Origin: Haliotis rubra
Lineage: Eukaryota
Direction: 5' to 3'
DNA length: 64,000 nt
Assembly (NCBI RefSeq): GCF_003918875.1
Contig: NW_025767202.1
Coordinates: 806,001-870,000 of the forward strand
The translations under genes were made by a program, and so were the position numbers. The notes under the pieces are model-generated. The model saw nothing but the letters and a program-made list of their open reading frames with translations. It was not told where the DNA came from and searched no databases. Shown one piece after another: positions 1 to 13,921 of the stretch. Every line of letters begins with the position of its first letter. Position 1 is the stretch's first letter.

Positions 1-498
1 CTGTGACCAGTAGCTATTGAACTAATAACCATATACACACCTTATACCTTCACCTGTGACCAGTAGCTATTGAACTAATACCCACATACACGCCTTACAC
101 CTTCACCTGTGACCAGTAGTTATTGAACTAATACCCACATACACACCTTACACTTTCACTTGTGACCAGTAGCTATTGAACTAATAACCATATACACACC
201 TTATACCTTCACCTGTGACCAGTAGCTATTGAACTAATACCCACATATACACCTTATACCTTCACCTGTGACCAGTAGTTATTGAACTAATACCCACACA
301 CACACCTTATACTTTCACCTGTGACCAGTAGTTAGTGAACTAATAACCACATACACACCTTATACCTTCACCTGTGACCAGTAGTTATTGAACTAATAAC
401 CACATACACACCTTATACCTTCACCTATGACCATGCAGTAGCTATTGAACTAATTACCACATACACACTTTATAAATTCACCTGTGACCAGTAGTTAT
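1..498. repeat. 53-bp minisatellite, ~9 copies, cut by window start
   Basis: Unit ctgtgaccagtagctattgaactaataaccatatacacaccttataccttcac starts at 1, 54, 107... Confidence 0.97.
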
Positions 499-2036
499 CA
501 GCTCGGCGCAGCTTCATTTAGAGGAACAGAGGTTCTTGAAGCAAGATGAATCATCGGACTGTTTCGGACATTTACGGAAATCGCCGGAAAGCACTAGCTC
601 ACCTCTCGGAGTGTAATCGGGTCACATTCGTAGTGCCGAAGAAATACCTTCAACGAGCTTAAAATAGCACACGCATCGTCCAACCACGTGGGTCTTCCCG
701 GCCTTGAATAGGCCGACCTGTCATTTATCGAGTGAAACGGATGTCAGTGTTATCATTGTTTATCAATATTTATATATAAGTACGAACCTATTTTGATATT
801 CCATATGTCAGACTGTATTTCCTATGTTGATGTCGGTTTCTGGGGGGCTGCTGAACGCCTACATGTATTCCTTTGTAAAGTGCGGCACTCTGAAGTCTTC
901 ATCACGTCAAATACACATGCATATGCCAATTGCACCCAATACAAGTGATGACATCAAATCGGCTGATATTTATACCTTTGATATTTTGCTAGAAAAGGAA
1001 TGCACGAGATTGATTGCTACTAAATTAGTTTTAATATCATAACTGAAAGAATTGTTAACTACATCACCAACTGGTGGTATTAGACAACCCAGACTATGTT
1101 AACGGTTATCTCATCGAAATGCCCGAATTACCTGAGCCAGGTATCTGATCTGCCTGATAAACAAATCAATTACGTATGTCGGAGTGCATTATGTTTTATA
1201 AAGGTTATCATGAGCGTGCCCCGTGGGCGTCAGAAGGTATCACAAGTAGAACTATAACATCGATGGGGAAGATAATACCAAATCGGAATCATCATTACAT
1301 GGAATGGGAGCCAAAAACAACGCTTCTTTCAGCGATTAAGTGTAATCCAAAACAGATGACCTTTTTCATACAAACGAAACTCTGTGTCCCTAATCGCCGA
1401 GATACATATAGGTGTCGTGTAGATATACAATGTTATTCAACATTATTAAAGGTCATCATCACAAAGCAATTACAATGATGAATAATAAATAAGGCCCTTG
1501 TATCACCCCGTCATTAGCCAAGGCACTGTCGCCAGAAGTGTGACCTTATATTTCCATACCTTGATCATATCACGCTCAGACCTAAGTAAAACTGTCAAAG
1601 TTTGGCACTGGGAAGATAGCTACCTTGATAGGGCGTACTACGTCCATAGGCCTATGCATCGTATTTGAATGTGTGTCTCTACAAGATCATATCTACATGT
1701 TGAGACTGCGGCTCACACAGGCTATGATTCATCAACTAACTTTAAGTATATTGCATATATTTGTTTCGGTGCATATTTTTCACGACTGATTTAGTTCGTA
1801 CAATTTCTCGAGTACAAAGCACCCTGTGTTAACACAAAACAGCACCGTCAGTGAAACAACCAGCCACGACAACCCGACGACGCCGACCTCACGGGGCACA
1901 AAAGGGGTTCACCAGGTAAAACGAAACATCTTCGCTTATCTAAGGACGTTTTTCTGTTGTGATAAGTACCCTAGCTCCTTTCGTTACCCACCGTCTTTCA
2001 CTGGAGTGAGGCTGGACAACTACTTTAGTCCCTGTC

Positions 2037-2158
2037 GGGGCGGTGGGGTAGCCTAGCGGTTAAGGCGTTCTCTCGTCACGCCAAAGACCCAGGTTCGATT
2101 GCCCACATGGGTACAATGTGTGAAGCCCAAAAGCGGCGTAAAACCCAACTCACACACT
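2037..2158 (+). mobile_element. SINE family A (tRNA-Asp-derived), internally deleted
   Basis: A box tagcctagcgg, B box ggttcgattgcc, tail gcggcgtaaaacccaactcacac; central ~40 bp missing versus full copies. Confidence 0.9.
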
Positions 2159-2419
2159 AGTTCCGACAGTATGCTGGAAGGGGGATATATATTAAAGTGA
2201 ATAGTCGGGATGTCACCCTGTCATAGAGAGTATCTTCAGCATCATTCAGAGCTCCATGAATACAAACAAACTCATTATTCGACACAACTTCAGCAGTGAT
2301 TGAAGCTGAGCACTTTACATAATCACGCTCAAGACTAGCATTGACTGGTTGATATTTTCAACACATTACTACTTAATGATTCGAAAGCAATATAGAGTAA
2401 AGACATCGTTGTACACAAT

Positions 2420-2822
2420 TTGGAAAGTCCTAGTTCTCCATCATATGACAGACTTGGGAAAGTGAAAGTTTTGAAGTACCCAGTCTCGACATCGTAAGAT
2501 AGACTTAAGAAAGTGACAGTTCTCAATTACCAAGTCCCGACATCGTTAGATAGACTTGTGCAAGTCAAGGTTCTAGTGCAAGTAATGAGTCCCGACATCG
2601 TAAGATAGACTTAGGAAAGTCACAGTTCTCAATTACCAAGTCCGGACATCGTAAGATAGACTTAGGAAAGTCACAGTTCTCAATTACCAAGTCCGGACAT
2701 CGTAAGATAGACTTAGGAAAGTCACAGTTCTCAATTACCAAGAACCGACATCGTAAGATAGACTTGGGAAAGTCACAGTTCTCAAGTCAAGTACATAGTA
2801 TCATAGACTTGGGAAAGTCATC
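2420..2822. repeat. 51-bp minisatellite with degenerate edges
   Basis: gacatcgtaagatagacttaggaaagtcacagttctcaattaccaagtccg at 2594, 2645, 2696, 2747. Confidence 0.93.
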
Positions 2823-3889
2823 GTGTCATAGACCTAGATGAGTCTCAATGATGAGATCGAGTTTAGGATCAAGTGTATTTAAAGTTTAACACATGAACAT
2901 TTAACATCTGGTTGACAGAGGCGACTTATATCACCTTCATGCATGCTTGCCACATAATACGGGTACACATAGTAAACTGGTATAATGAAAGCAATCATTA
3001 CTTGTACGGTATGTATAAAGCTTGCCATACCTACATACCTCCGTCTACGTGTTCTGCCCCTGACAGCGATGAGGCGGTTTAAACTATAAACTGTGTGTTT
3101 ACCCTAGCTAACGTTTTCAGCTACGGAGACAAAAACGAGACACCTACAGCCCCAAGCGCTCGAAGATCTGTTCCACACATAGGCGCTAATACCCGTCTAC
3201 ACAAAAAACATCCAAATCTGCACGAACTATTTTCTTTGGCGGATATTAGTCAACACTGGAAGACTCCTAATCCGCCTGGCACTCACTTGCCAGAGTGACG
3301 TAAGAATACACTGGCGAGCCATGTGGCCTTTGTTAGCGTCGGAGGGAATATGAAAGAAAATAAACACAGGGCGATAACGGTGACAATAGAAGGCGACAGC
3401 CTAAAAACTACAGCACGTTTCGGGACGTTTTCGTATGTCCTATACATAAACATCAAATTACATGGTCAAATATTTGCGGTTTAATTTCCTTTTTGTCTTG
3501 TATGTGAAGCTTCTATTTAGGTACCAGGATATGTATTTCGGAAGCACAAACCCTTTCAGTTTCGGTACAAGACACACATCCTATACTGAACGCATGATGT
3601 ACAACGTATTTCCTCAAGTAGGTGTGTATGCACTGAATGTAGGATAGACATTTAGGCTGAGAATTGAAAAAAACGTAAAATACACGTTAACGTCATTTCG
3701 AGAAAGCTATACATGACTCACTATAGTTGGAACTCCTCGGTCGTTGACTTGAGGAGAGTGTGTGGGATGAAGAATGTAAGAAACACAAACGCTTCAAGGC
3801 CTCTGTTTGTGTAAAGAATATGCATGTGTTGAAATCAAAACTGACATTTTATACTGGGTCAGTTCCATAACACTAAATCTCCCAACATG

Positions 3890-4025
3890 TAAGTGACAGA
3901 GTTGTTTTCTGCCGTTTTCACGATATGGCAATATCACACCGGATGACACCAGAAATGGTCTTCATACGTTGTACTCTTGAAAGGAATTAAGCTCGACGCC
4001 CTCAACGAGCGAAGGTTTTAATCAC
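3890..4025 (-). mobile_element. Old diverged SINE family A copy
   Basis: gccgttttcacgatatggcaatatcaca...gacaccagaaatggtcttcatacgttgtac...acgagcgaa matches the reverse of family A. Confidence 0.65.
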
Positions 4026-4053
4026 AATTAAGGCTTTAAAATTGTGTCTAAGA

Positions 4054-4437
4054 CGTTATCTCCCCTTGTAATCACTCTACATGCTAGGTTATTCCCCCTT
4101 GACGTTCTAATTCCACAAGCTAAGTTATCTCCCTTGACGTCCGTATTCAACACGATAAGTTATCTCCCCTTGACGTTCTCATATCACTAGATACGTTTCT
4201 CTCTTTGACTGACGTTCTCATTCTACGCGATAAGTTATCTCCCCTTGACGTTCTCATATCACTAGATACGTTATCTCTCTTTGACTGACGTTCTCATTCT
4301 ACGCGATAAGTTATCTCCCCTTGACGTTCTACGCGATAAGTTATCTCCCCTTGACGACTTTCTCATATCACTAGATACGTTTCTCTCTTTGACTGACGTT
4401 CTCATTCTACGCGATAAGTTATCTCCCCTTGACGTTT
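4054..4437. repeat. Compound minisatellite (~36/39-bp subunits, ~75-bp dimer) built on gttatctccccttgac
   Basis: Recurrent gataagttatctccccttgacgttct and catatcactagatacg blocks. Confidence 0.9.
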
Positions 4438-5812
4438 TCAGTTCGCAAAATCTTTCCACCCTTCTGTGAAGTATTTCCTTTCATTCAGCCTCATGGACAA
4501 CTTGGACTAGGGGACATTCGCAACTTGTAGTCTAATAATGAAAGAGAAAACTGGTTATTTGTCGACGATTTACTAATAGGGACATCCTACATGACTATCA
4601 GCTAAATCACAAAAAATTGTTGGATTGAAAACAGTTCACATTGTGTACACTCGAACTTCTTAAACCACGGTTAAGCCTTTCGTTTATTTCAGAAAAAAAT
4701 AATTTTATAAAAAATGTTTTAAATAATCTCATACACCAAAGACAAGTCCATTTACAAAGTAAATCCGAATCGTCCGCGAACGCCCAAACCATCAACAAAA
4801 GCACTATGGGTGAAATCCAGCTTTCCTCTTTAAAGCGGATTGAGATGTGTTCTCGTTTCACATGGTTTTAAGTACACAGTTCTTTTGAAAACAGCGTGCC
4901 CGAACCGTTTATTAATGTCTTATAAGAAAACCACAAAGTCATCCCTTCTACAAAGATCATCCCGTTATCGGGACATTCATCTTTGAAGATGCATGTTCCC
5001 GACCGATGTGTCATCTAGAATTTCCACCTCCGCCATCCCAACTCGACAAGTAGACTTTTTACCAACACGTACTTGGGGCGTACTGATACAAACAAGTAGT
5101 CCTCGGCTCACTCTGAGCTGCAGGAGTAAAGGCGATCCTTATCGATGTTTGTAAGTAAAACCGATGTTTGACAGAACATGCAATTGCGTTTAGTGACGAC
5201 TGTGTCAATACTTGTTTAGTGGGGAGCATGTGTACACACACACCCGACCCTCACACTGACAGGGCGTGGCCATGTTGCCAATATGTCATGAAACCGAGGA
5301 AAACCAGTAACTGTTTTCATGATATTAGATCAAGTATTGGCCACGAGGAAGAGGGTGTTCAGACATTGCTGAAATAGTCGTGAGATTGAACCTTTGTTAG
5401 TGTCACATTGGTAGGAGAAGATGAAAAGAATAAATCAAAGAAGATATTGACGAAAGAGAAGAAGAAATGCAAGAAAATTTGGAACATTATAACACAGTGG
5501 CATATGAAATGAAATGATAATCATGGAAAGTGACTGTACATTTGAGCTGTGGGAAAACAGTATAGAATTGATGATTATATTCAGAATATAGCATGATACC
5601 AAATACCCTTTCCCACTCAACATTTGACTAAACATTGCCATTCAGATTAATTGTCACTATATTCAATTGCCATGGAAACATTTGACGTCATCAATCATCT
5701 AACGACGTCATATCATTGACGTCATTGGCGTCAAATCGAGTGACTTACGGGCACTACTAGTTGAACATTGCCTTCTGATTATATTACAACAAAATGGGGT
5801 GTGTGGGGATGG

Positions 5813-5826
5813 TGGGTGGTGGTGGT

Positions 5827-5866
<40 letters not shown>
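5813..5866. repeat. (GGT)n(GT)n microsatellite
   Basis: Direct reading. Confidence 0.97.
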
Positions 5867-5868
<2 letters not shown>

Positions 5869-5950
5869 CGTCTTACCATATCATCGTGGATGTGCATGGG
5901 TCAAGGCTTAGACTCTAAAAGAGAACTGCACCTAGATTGAGCCATATGAG

Positions 5951-6322
5951 CAGTGTGCGAAATAGTTTCAAAAGTTTACTAGCCAGTCGGGCTAGCTATA
6001 TATATGCCTGAAAATTACTAGCCCAAAAAATTATTCACTGGCCCCAAATCTGAATGTAGAATCTAAGGAAAAGATCACAAAAAATAGATGAGAATAAGGT
6101 ATTGTCGGCATGACATGGGTTTCATCATTAAGCTGCTATCATGATTAACATTTGTGTCAGGCCATAATCTTGCAGGATTTAAAAGTGTATTATAACTTAA
6201 CAAGTCGGAGAGAGTGATATATTTACAAAATGACCCCATGAAAATTCACTCTCCAGTCGGACCAGTGGCTGGAGATTTACTGGTCCGACTGGATTTTTAC
6301 TAGCCACGGGCTAGCGGGCTTG
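5951..6322. mobile_element. Truncated non-autonomous DNA transposon, hAT-like
   Basis: Starts CAGTG; clustered subterminal tactagcc/gggctag/cagtcgg motifs at both ends in both orientations; matching right TIR not seen. Confidence 0.5.
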
Positions 6323-6463
6323 TTGGGTAGACGAGTGACGACAATGCTACTAAAAGTAGTCGCCATCGAATAACTGTTTCTTGTGTGCTTCACGTAGCCA
6401 CGATCAACCATGGGTGGAGACGTCCTTACGCTCGGCAGCAGAGATCAGTCATCAGTAGTACAA

Positions 6464-6799
6464 GCGGAGTGTCAACAGGCGGAGCTCTGCAGCGGAGTAT
6501 CAACAGGCGGAGCTCTGCAGCGGAGTATCAACAGAGGGAATTTTGCAGCGGAGTATCAACAGGCGGAGCTCTGCAGCGGAGTATCAACAGGGGGAATTTT
6601 GCAGCGGAGTATCAACAGGCGGAGCTCTGCAGCGGAATATCAACAGGGGGAACTCTGCAGCGGAGTATCAACAGGGGGATCTTTGCAGCGGAGTATCAAC
6701 AGACGGAACTCTGCAGCGGAGAATCAACAGGGGGGAACTCTGCAGCAGAGTATCAACAGGGGGAGCTCTGCAGCGGAGTATCAACAGGCGGAGCTCTGT
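6464..6799. repeat. 28-bp minisatellite, ~12 copies
   Basis: Unit gcagcggagtatcaacaggcggagctct; explains ORFs 6385-6964. Confidence 0.97.
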
Positions 6800-7048
6800 A
6801 GGAACTCTGAGCAAGACTATCTTTGTAGATGGAACTCGGTGACATTTCAAGCATATGATGGTTGTCTGAAAATATTCTTATGTCGACTTGACAATCCAGT
6901 GATTGATATCATGAATAACGACGATCGGATGCGATTATACGCCATTATAAAGCAGGGACCCTGACTATCTGATTCATCTTGTCACTACAGTTTGCCCGGG
7001 ATCAATTCCAATCTCAACAGCAAGTGGCTGTTGAAAGTAGCTTTAGTT

Positions 7049-7129
7049 AGTGAATGAGTATGGTTTTACGCCGCTTTTAGCAATATTCCAGCAATATCAA
7101 GGAAATGGGCTTCACACATTGTACCCATG
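7049..7129 (-). mobile_element. SINE family A, 3' fragment
   Basis: gagtatggttttacgccgcttttagcaatattccagcaatatc...gaaatgggcttcacacattgtacccatg. Confidence 0.88.
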
Positions 7130-7877
7130 GCGCTTATCTAGGCTCGGTTTGACAACATCACTGACCCTAGAAGGACACATTGTCTACAGCAGACGCCGCC
7201 GGGGTTGTAAATAACAACAGCTGGTGTCACCACAGCCGTAACTGTTTTCTAATTGTCGATTTCAGGCTTGTATGACATTGATTATGGTGATTGATGGGGC
7301 AGGTTACACATGTGCTGGGCAAGGGACGGGCTATCGAGGGAATCAAATACTGGCAATTAGCTGGAGTAGAATGCTATCTTTGTCACTGCCTGACAAGTGA
7401 CGTGAACGGCGAAGAAAGAACACAGACGGCGGTTAGAAAAACAAATATTGTCTATTTTGACAGGTTTCCTTAACATACAACTGTTAAACTTTTTCTTTTC
7501 CTTTATAACATTCACAAACAGATCAGTTTCATGTGGCTGTTCAGTCTGATTGACGTTTGACATGAAGAATTTCCTTGTGGATGGTCTGTTTGTACAAAGC
7601 GGCCTGAAAGCAACGGCGACGGTCAGCTCTTGAGTGAGTAAGTGATTGTTGGATGGAGGGTGGGGTGGGGTTGACACATGCTGCGAGCGTGAGTGAGTGA
7701 GTGGAATTGGTTTAATGCCGATTCCATTCCAGTTGTATGACTGCGCGTCAGCTGGATGAGGATGAGGATGGGGAACTGGATGAGGATGAGGATGGGGAAC
7801 TCAAACTAATGAAGGTCTTGGATGTTTACCACTGTTTTGAAATCAAAGGGCACGGGTGTGGATGACAAAGGTGAAAT

Positions 7878-7967
7878 GGGATTCGAACCCGCCATCAGAG
7901 GTTTCTGGCTTGCCCAAATAACGCTGTCTGCACAGCGAGTTGCTGTGACAACTGAGCCACATGTGCC
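7878..7967 (-). other. tRNA-like Pol III promoter remnant (not family A)
   Basis: Minus strand tggctcagttg (A box) ... ggttcgaatccc (B box) with long spacer; no intact cloverleaf. Confidence 0.55.
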
Positions 7968-8064
7968 CCGAGCCTGTCGTATTTATAAACGACCGATCCT
8001 GGTGATGTTGGCTCCTACAACACACGTCGGAAGAAGGTGTGTGTTCCCCTGGGTCACGGAGACA

Positions 8065-8141
8065 ACTGACTCTACCGGGGTCTTCTATCACTGACTCTAC
8101 CAGGGTCTTCTATCACTGACTCTACCGGGGTCTTCTATCAC
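8065..8141. repeat. 25-bp tandem repeat x3
   Basis: actgactctaccggggtcttctatc at 8065, 8090, 8115. Confidence 0.95.
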
Positions 8142-8173
8142 AGAATCAGATTGCGAATCGGCGAGAAGCTCTG

Positions 8174-8422
8174 GCCCCAATTTCTCGAAACAAACTTAAG
8201 TCTGAGTTTTGACATAAGTTAGAATTTTTTACTCAAATTTGAGAAAACGCAGAAAAAAATTATTTCCCAAAATAAACTAAAATCGATATTAAACTCAAAC
8301 ATAATAAACAATTTGAGTTGTTTGGGCTTTTTCATTTTAAAAATGCACCTGAGTTAAAAATTAAGCTGTTTCAAATTGTCAAACTTACTTTGAAATTTGA
8401 GTTTGTTTCGAGAAATCGGGGC
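8174..8422. mobile_element. PIF/Harbinger-type MITE
   Basis: TIRs gccccaatttctcgaaacaaact / agtttgtttcgagaaatcggggc (1 mismatch) with further internal inverted symmetry; flanked by ctg/cgg (CWG-like 3-bp TSD). Confidence 0.85.
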
Positions 8423-9332
8423 CGGGACAGTTGAAACATTCCTGTATTGTCTTAAATATTGTAATGTAAATCTGTTTGATAATGCATAAGATGCATATCA
8501 ACAACAAACGTATCAAGAAAAGGCCGTTATTGATGGTTTCTTCTTCCAGTTATCAAAGAGGTTCGGCAAGGAGAGCATGTGGCATCTACACTGTTCTCCC
8601 TGTTTCTAAAAAATCTTTTTTTTAACGATCACAAGCGTAAACACCAGAATGTGACAAGGAAATTATAGCTGTACGATATTAAACATATACATTATGTATT
8701 ATGTTTTGGCTGTTGACGTATGTTACTTGATGCATTAGTTGTACCAAAATTGCCATATTGTCACGAGTCTGTGGCCATGGTGGAAAGTGTTCATACAACT
8801 TCTTAGAAAAATCATCATCCTTAAATGGTATGGATGGTACGGTTACCAAAGTGTCTTTCCCTTTCTATGATGTACTACTCACAAACCTAATCACATCTAC
8901 TAATAGCTTCATGTGCAATGTTAGCAACAACCTTGACCGATCTGGTAACACCAATGTACAGGACAGGCAAACTTCCCATAAATAGAATGACTTAATTAAC
9001 TATCGTAGCTATGCCTGGCGCCTTGAACAGTATATTAAAAAAACGGAATTCAGTTACAGAAATGTCATAGAAAGCAAGATTTAAGTTTTCAGTAAGACCA
9101 ATGTAATTTATTTGTAATATTTGCAAGGACAACACTGTTTGATATCTCTCGATTGTTCCCTCATCTCGAAACTTCAGTTGTAATGAGGTAGATATCGATC
9201 CCAATGATTATCCTGAACTCCGACTTATATGGTACTCGGTTGTATGCCATTTAGTTAGTGGCATATTAGTTCAATGTATTCTGGTGGTATGGGGGTTCCT
9301 GGTGTCAACCCCTGGTCTTACCCAGTGTCGAT

Positions 9333-9445
9333 GAGGCGGTAGTCTGCTGGTTACGGTGTTTTCTAGTTTCATCGAAGGCCGTGGTTCGTTACCCCAACAG
9401 GAGAGGCCCACTTCTGGGATATTACTGGAATATTGAATAACAGCA
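9333..9445 (+). mobile_element. Diverged SINE family A copy
   Basis: gtagtctgctggtta...ggttcgttacccc...gatattactggaatattg. Confidence 0.6.
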
Positions 9446-9453
9446 CACACACA

Positions 9454-9525
<72 letters not shown>

Positions 9526-9532
9526 CACACAC
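9446..9532. repeat. (CACG)n/(CA)n microsatellite
   Basis: Direct reading. Confidence 0.97.
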
Positions 9533-11387
9533 ACGAGATAAAGAGAGACCCTTTGTGATTTGCGGGATAGAGCATCTGCCTGGAGAGCGGAAAGCTGGAT
9601 TCGATCTCCCTGATACGTCATACCGAAAGATGTTATGAAGGGTACTTGTTACCATGGCTATACCGAAATGAAGCAATAACTTGTCGTCTCGGAGGCAGCA
9701 GTGTCTGGCAGGGGCTGACAGTATTAAAGCGCTTAGTACAAGCGCACGCACGCACACACGTACGCACAGACATTATGTAAGTGAAATACTCATGTCATTT
9801 CAAATGATACACTCCATACTCGGTGATAACTTTAGAAATAATGATCTGCAACAACAGTTATTTCTGTTTTTATAAACACATGACAATTTTAGACACTTTT
9901 CTGCTGCCTCCAATTATTTACTATCTCCCCCTTGTGCCACAGACACACGTAATCTAATTAAAGGCGAGATGTTACCAATATCAAATAATTATCACGCAGC
10001 GCTTGGGCAAATCAGCAGATAAAGTCTCCACTTTCACGACAAATGTGCATTACCGGAAAACGTATCCCTTTACCGTCCAACTAGGTCAGATTGAGATCAC
10101 CAACTACAAAGAAATATTAGCATGCAGTATTGAAACTTACAACCTATATCACCGTGCCTTCATTGATTCTCTCACTATGACTGGGGAACGACCCTTAGCG
10201 CTAATCCCTTAAAAGGTTACTGCACAAACTAAACTGGTTATCGGGAAAATGATAGCATCTGAACTTAAATCTGATTGGTCGTTGGGCGTGAAAGGATTAA
10301 CTTGTCATGGAGTTGAGGGATTGCACACAAACTGAAGAGAGAATTAAAGATTGAGGCAGGACTATTGGGAGGTATTATTCCATTTCTCGGTCGCTAAAAC
10401 AAATTTTATGCCCAGAATGCAGAACGCCAATCTAACACTCTGGGACATTCGTAATCCCCTTACTTCAAAAATCTATTTATTTTTCATCTTTCCGTCTCAC
10501 CCTAGGGAATTAAACGAGGGCTGTTCAATATCCTCGGTTGTCTGGAAATATTATTGTTCGTGGGTGACATATTCAGTGTCGATGAACTATCATTAGTATA
10601 ACAATGCAAGGGGCGAGGTATACGGGCTTTTGCCGCCCACTCATGAGAACAAATTTGAATGTTTGTAAAAGCTAAAAAGAAACCGTCATGTAATGGCTGG
10701 GAGATGTTCATATCATGGGACCCGTAGTGATGACACGTTGACTGACCGTCAATCGACCAGCCTCTAGCAAGATAAGACTATGAGCGAAATATTGTATAGT
10801 ACTCAACTCTTTATAAGGGTATATTTAAAGAGGTTATTTTGTATACTTTGTGGATATATAATGTATTTAAATATGACCGATTTATTCCTGGGGATAAATG
10901 TTATTCTAAATTATATTCAAAACGCTAATCTTGGGATTGAGTGAGGCTAATTGCTTGGATAAAAATAAATAACTTACAAGCCATTTTTCTGTCAGACATG
11001 GATTTGATAGATAATTTTTGACAAGCAAGTATTCTCTCACAAAATTACAAGAAGTATCTGACCGACTTACTAGATGCTGCTATTGGAAAAAAAACACGAA
11101 GTGCAAGAATAGCATATTTAGAAGAGGCCGACATTTGTAAGTGGGAGCGATCCTGGGACCCCAAAAGTTCATTGAACTCTCTGATTCATCCGTGACGAGT
11201 CAGCGCATCTGTTCCCCTGGACATACTTCAAAGCAGTCCAAATGTACTATGCCAGTCTTGGCTAAGTTTTCGTTTAAGCATCAATATATCTGTTTACCAA
11301 AACATGTGTTTAATGTCTATTCTTGGGATATAAAGTTACCCATAGGTGCGTACTGCCTTGTACTTGCAATGACTAAATGACTAAATG

Positions 11388-11565
11388 GATGTCGTGGTCA
11401 ATCTCGCTGACCGGGTCAAATCCGTAATATTGATTTCTTCAATTGGGGGGATCGAAGCTAGTGATATCAATCATGTGATTGTCTGGTTCAAATTTGATGA
11501 CTGACTGACTACCGCGACATAGGTGAAGTATTGCTGATTGCGGCGTTAAACGATGAACAAAACCA
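11388..11565 (+). mobile_element. Old diverged family B retroposon
   Basis: gtggtcaatctcgctgac...gattgtctggttca...tattgctgattgcggcgttaaac aligns with family B body and tail. Confidence 0.65.
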
Positions 11566-11721
11566 GTGAAGGACATCTGATCAGTCTGCAAGTTATTCAT
11601 GTTCTCGCTGATAACAAAGTTCTCGTTCACTTGGTAAATAGTAATGCCCTGTGAAAAGTCTCCTCGTATCGCGGATATATGGTGAATTTAGAGAACAGAG
11701 CTTGTATCATATAGAGTCATT

Positions 11722-12050
11722 ATGTTCGAAAACAGCTCACGGAGAACAGGACATCCTACTTTGACCAGTTTACAATGGCTGCCCATCCAAATCCATTGCA
11801 ACCCCAAATCCACAATCTGGTATACAAGACAACGTATGGTTTGGCCCTGCACACTTTCAGGTACTGATATTACCCCACAAATAGGCCATCTTCTCACGGT
11901 CACGTACCTAAACAAAGACGAGAGGCCATTTCAACAATTTGGTCCAGTCTTAGCCACAGTCTGCCTCTGGAAGTAAGAGAATCGGATATGTTGACAAACG
12001 TTACAACCGACAAGCTGACCTTGACCTGGGTGTTCAAGCAAGCCTTGGTA
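11722..12050 (+). mobile_element. Decayed 3' end of L2-clade LINE ORF2
   Basis: Across frameshifts: HPTLTSLQWLPIQ...NLVYKTTYGLA...ERPFQQFGP...SLPLEVRES...TWVFKQA; matches the L2 C-terminal signature (HITPVLxxLHWLP...LVYK..GLAP...RAFS..P.LWNSLP...LF). Confidence 0.8.
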
Positions 12051-13747
12051 GTGATTTGATTATCGTCAAAGCTCATCTGAGTAGTTCTACACGGCATGTG
12101 TACAATAAATTCATGAAGAAATTTAAAGCAAGATACTTTTATTGATGTTATACATTTTATTATGATGCAACTTTTCAGTATCGACTTTTGTACCGTTGTC
12201 AAGCAAGAGTGCAACAATTTAGTGTTGTATCATTATTTTGTGGGTATTTTATATAAAGAATTAAAGAAAGTCATCGACCCACACCAAAAGACCACGTGAA
12301 TTTAGGTCACAATGTCAGTTATAGCAACCATGGGATTAAATATATGCTAAATATCTGGGAACATATGATTTTTGGATTGACAACCCACTCGGCACCGTAG
12401 GTAAGAAGCTGGCTATAGAATAAAGTAGTGCTTGGATTCAGCGCTCAATGACTACCTCTAACGTGACCAGAAGGAGCTGTGACATATACAGTGTAAGCCT
12501 TCTCTATTACCGGTGTATGTAACAGCATCTATATTCAGGGTATGGCATGCTCAGGGTAGGTATTCTACCTCGACAGATACCTTAATCTTTCCACCCGAAT
12601 ACTTCCCATGCTTGAATAATCGAGAAAAAAAGTATCTTGAATTTCAATCAAATCTGCCTCGTCATAATACCTATCGAAAAGACTCCCACCGTCCTGTGAT
12701 ATTTAACAAGTAAAAGTGAAATGGTCGAATACAATTACTTTTGTCATCACCTTAACCGTGCTCCATATTGCTTCATCTTTTCCGCTTTGAAAACCAGCGA
12801 AGTAAGGTTGTCCGCACATCGTATCATTTGCGGTTTGTAGAAAGCATGGAATTAAGGCTCCAGGGTAGGTTTACCCAGTGAACTTACCATGGTCATTGCG
12901 TACACTGAATTGTCCTGAAGTAATCTTCGACATGCCATGAGAGATTATTCATATTTGGGGCCAAAGGGCATTAACGTGCAAACCAACACATGAATACGTA
13001 GCTGAGTAAAGAATCCATTTCACCTGCCCCGTAATTTTTTGGGAAGCTCACATGACAGGTGTACAATAGTCCCTCTCTCGCTTGTCTTGTCTCACGTTTC
13101 AAAGAATGCGTTCAAAGATCATCGGATCTTTATTTCAATAGACCTGACGAAAAGGGGACAATTGCCATAGAAGTTAAAGATGGCTGGAAATAATAGTGAC
13201 TGATTGGGCTGCGAGTTAGCGCAGGGGATTGTTTTTGCTGTCTGTGTCTGCCATCTGTCGATATTAACAAGAAATGGCATATGGGCTTGTGACCTTCACA
13301 TAGGACAAGATGGCAGAGGCCGATTTCATCGATGGGACGACAGATGTTCATTCTAAGCCTTACATAAAATCGAAGATTTGTATTCGAAGTTACATGTACT
13401 ATATACAAGCACAGTTTAACTTCACGGTGGTTAAAACTGAAATAAAATATTTGTGGAATTGCTGAATGATATAGGACATCGTTTATGTAACTTCCTGGTT
13501 GCTCCACGCTGTATGTTGTATGCTGTATGCTGTATGCCGTATGACACAACAGCATTGATCACACTGGTCGCTGAACGGCCCGGGAAAGAGGAAAGTATAT
13601 GCCCATGTTTCATGTCGGTATATATAATCAACAAAATAAGACAAGAAACTGTTTTATTTGTGTGCAGCACCTTGTGTTTTCAGTCTCCTGGAAACACTAT
13701 GACAGCGCTTGTAATGTTTTGCTCAAGTCCTATGTTCAAGGGTTGAA

Positions 13748-13921
13748 GGGGGGCTGTGGAACAGCCTAGCCGTTAAAACTTTCTCGTAACGCTGAAGGCC
13801 CGGGTTCGATTGACCACATAACCCCACTCCCCCATCATAACCCCACTCCCCCACCCCCCATTAATATTTTGATATTGATGGAATATTATTAATGCGGCGT
13901 AAACCTAAACTCACTCACTCA
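13748..13921 (+). mobile_element. SINE family A, centre replaced by C-rich duplication
   Basis: A/B boxes and tail gcggcgtaaacctaaactcactcactc; cataaccccactccccca x2 inside. Confidence 0.8.

Noticed and set aside
1-498. CRISPR-like regular repeats (here and in other arrays)
   Set aside because: Contiguous tandem units without unique spacers; eukaryotic context; no cas genes
6385-6964. Overlapping ORFs with AAEYQQ repeats
   Set aside because: 28-bp minisatellite, period not a multiple of three
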